From assembly GCA_028534125.1 (NCBI GenBank), contig CM052816.1, positions 44,332,001 through 44,396,000 on the forward strand: DNA of 64,000 nucleotides, written 5' to 3'. The DNA is from Lama glama. Its lineage: Eukaryota. Positions 63,613 to 64,000 of this stretch are shown here, one piece after another (positions within the stretch are counted from its first letter, which is position 1; every line of letters starts with the position of its first letter). Below the pieces are notes generated by a model, which was given only the letters and a program-made list of their open reading frames with translations, did not search any database and was not told the DNA's origin. Position numbers and translations under genes: made by a program.

Positions 63613-63742
63613 TTTTTAATGTTTTAAAGTTTTTGCTTAGTATGAAATAATTATTGTTTTCTAAGAAGTTGCAAAGATAGTACAGAGAGGGCCAGTGTAC
63701 TCTTAAACCAGTTTCCTCCAACGGCTACATCTTACACAAATA
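63613..63742 (-). mobile_element. Old L1 3'-end fragment
   Basis: GAAGTTGCAAAGATAGTACAGAGAGG...CCAGTTTCCTCCAACGGCTACATCTTAC. Confidence 0.7.
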
Positions 63743-64000
63743 CAAATGGTCCCCAACTCACAATGACTTAAGATTTTTTCCACTTTACAATGTGTGAAAG
63801 TTATATGCATTCCATAGAAACCATACTTGGAATTTTAAATTTTGATAATTTCACAGGCTACCAATATGAGGTACAAACTTTCTCTGACACTAGCAGCAAC
63901 AGCGAGCCACAGCTCAGTCAGCCACACATTCCCAAGGGTGAACAACCACGACACTTACAATCACTCTGTATCCACCCAAGCATTCTGTTTTTCCACTTTT
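63743..64000. mobile_element. MER47/Tigger-like Tc-mariner element, running off the window
   Basis: TA followed by CAAATGGTCCCCAACTCACAATG...AGAAACCATACTT...GCAACAGCGAGCCACAGCTC. Confidence 0.8.

Overview
AT-rich mammalian nuclear DNA. The young LINE-1 copies resemble camelid (alpaca/camel) L1 as I recall it, and I saw no Alu, Bov-tA/BovB, PRE-1 or CAN-SINE; the taxon is an inference. About half the window is transposon-derived. It holds an old near-full-length L1 (1-6070) with a young L1 3' fragment and a 100-N gap inside it, and a second decayed L1 (15.6-18.9 kb). There are also several solo LTRs (MER34-, MLT2-, LTR33-, MER21-like), hAT/Tc-mariner relics and MIR/L2 fragments. A three-layer nested L1 stack at 46.2-59.7 kb has a 6.6-kb full-length but frameshifted L1 with a 20-bp TSD as its innermost member. 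I recognised no host protein-coding exon, RNA gene or CRISPR/prokaryotic system; every ORF I could identify is an L1 fragment. A repeat-poor stretch at ~30-39.7 kb carries candidate regulatory motifs. I found no evidence for a wholly new biological system, and the notable items are structural. Repeat subfamily names come from recalled consensus similarity, not a database search, and old-repeat boundaries are approximate.
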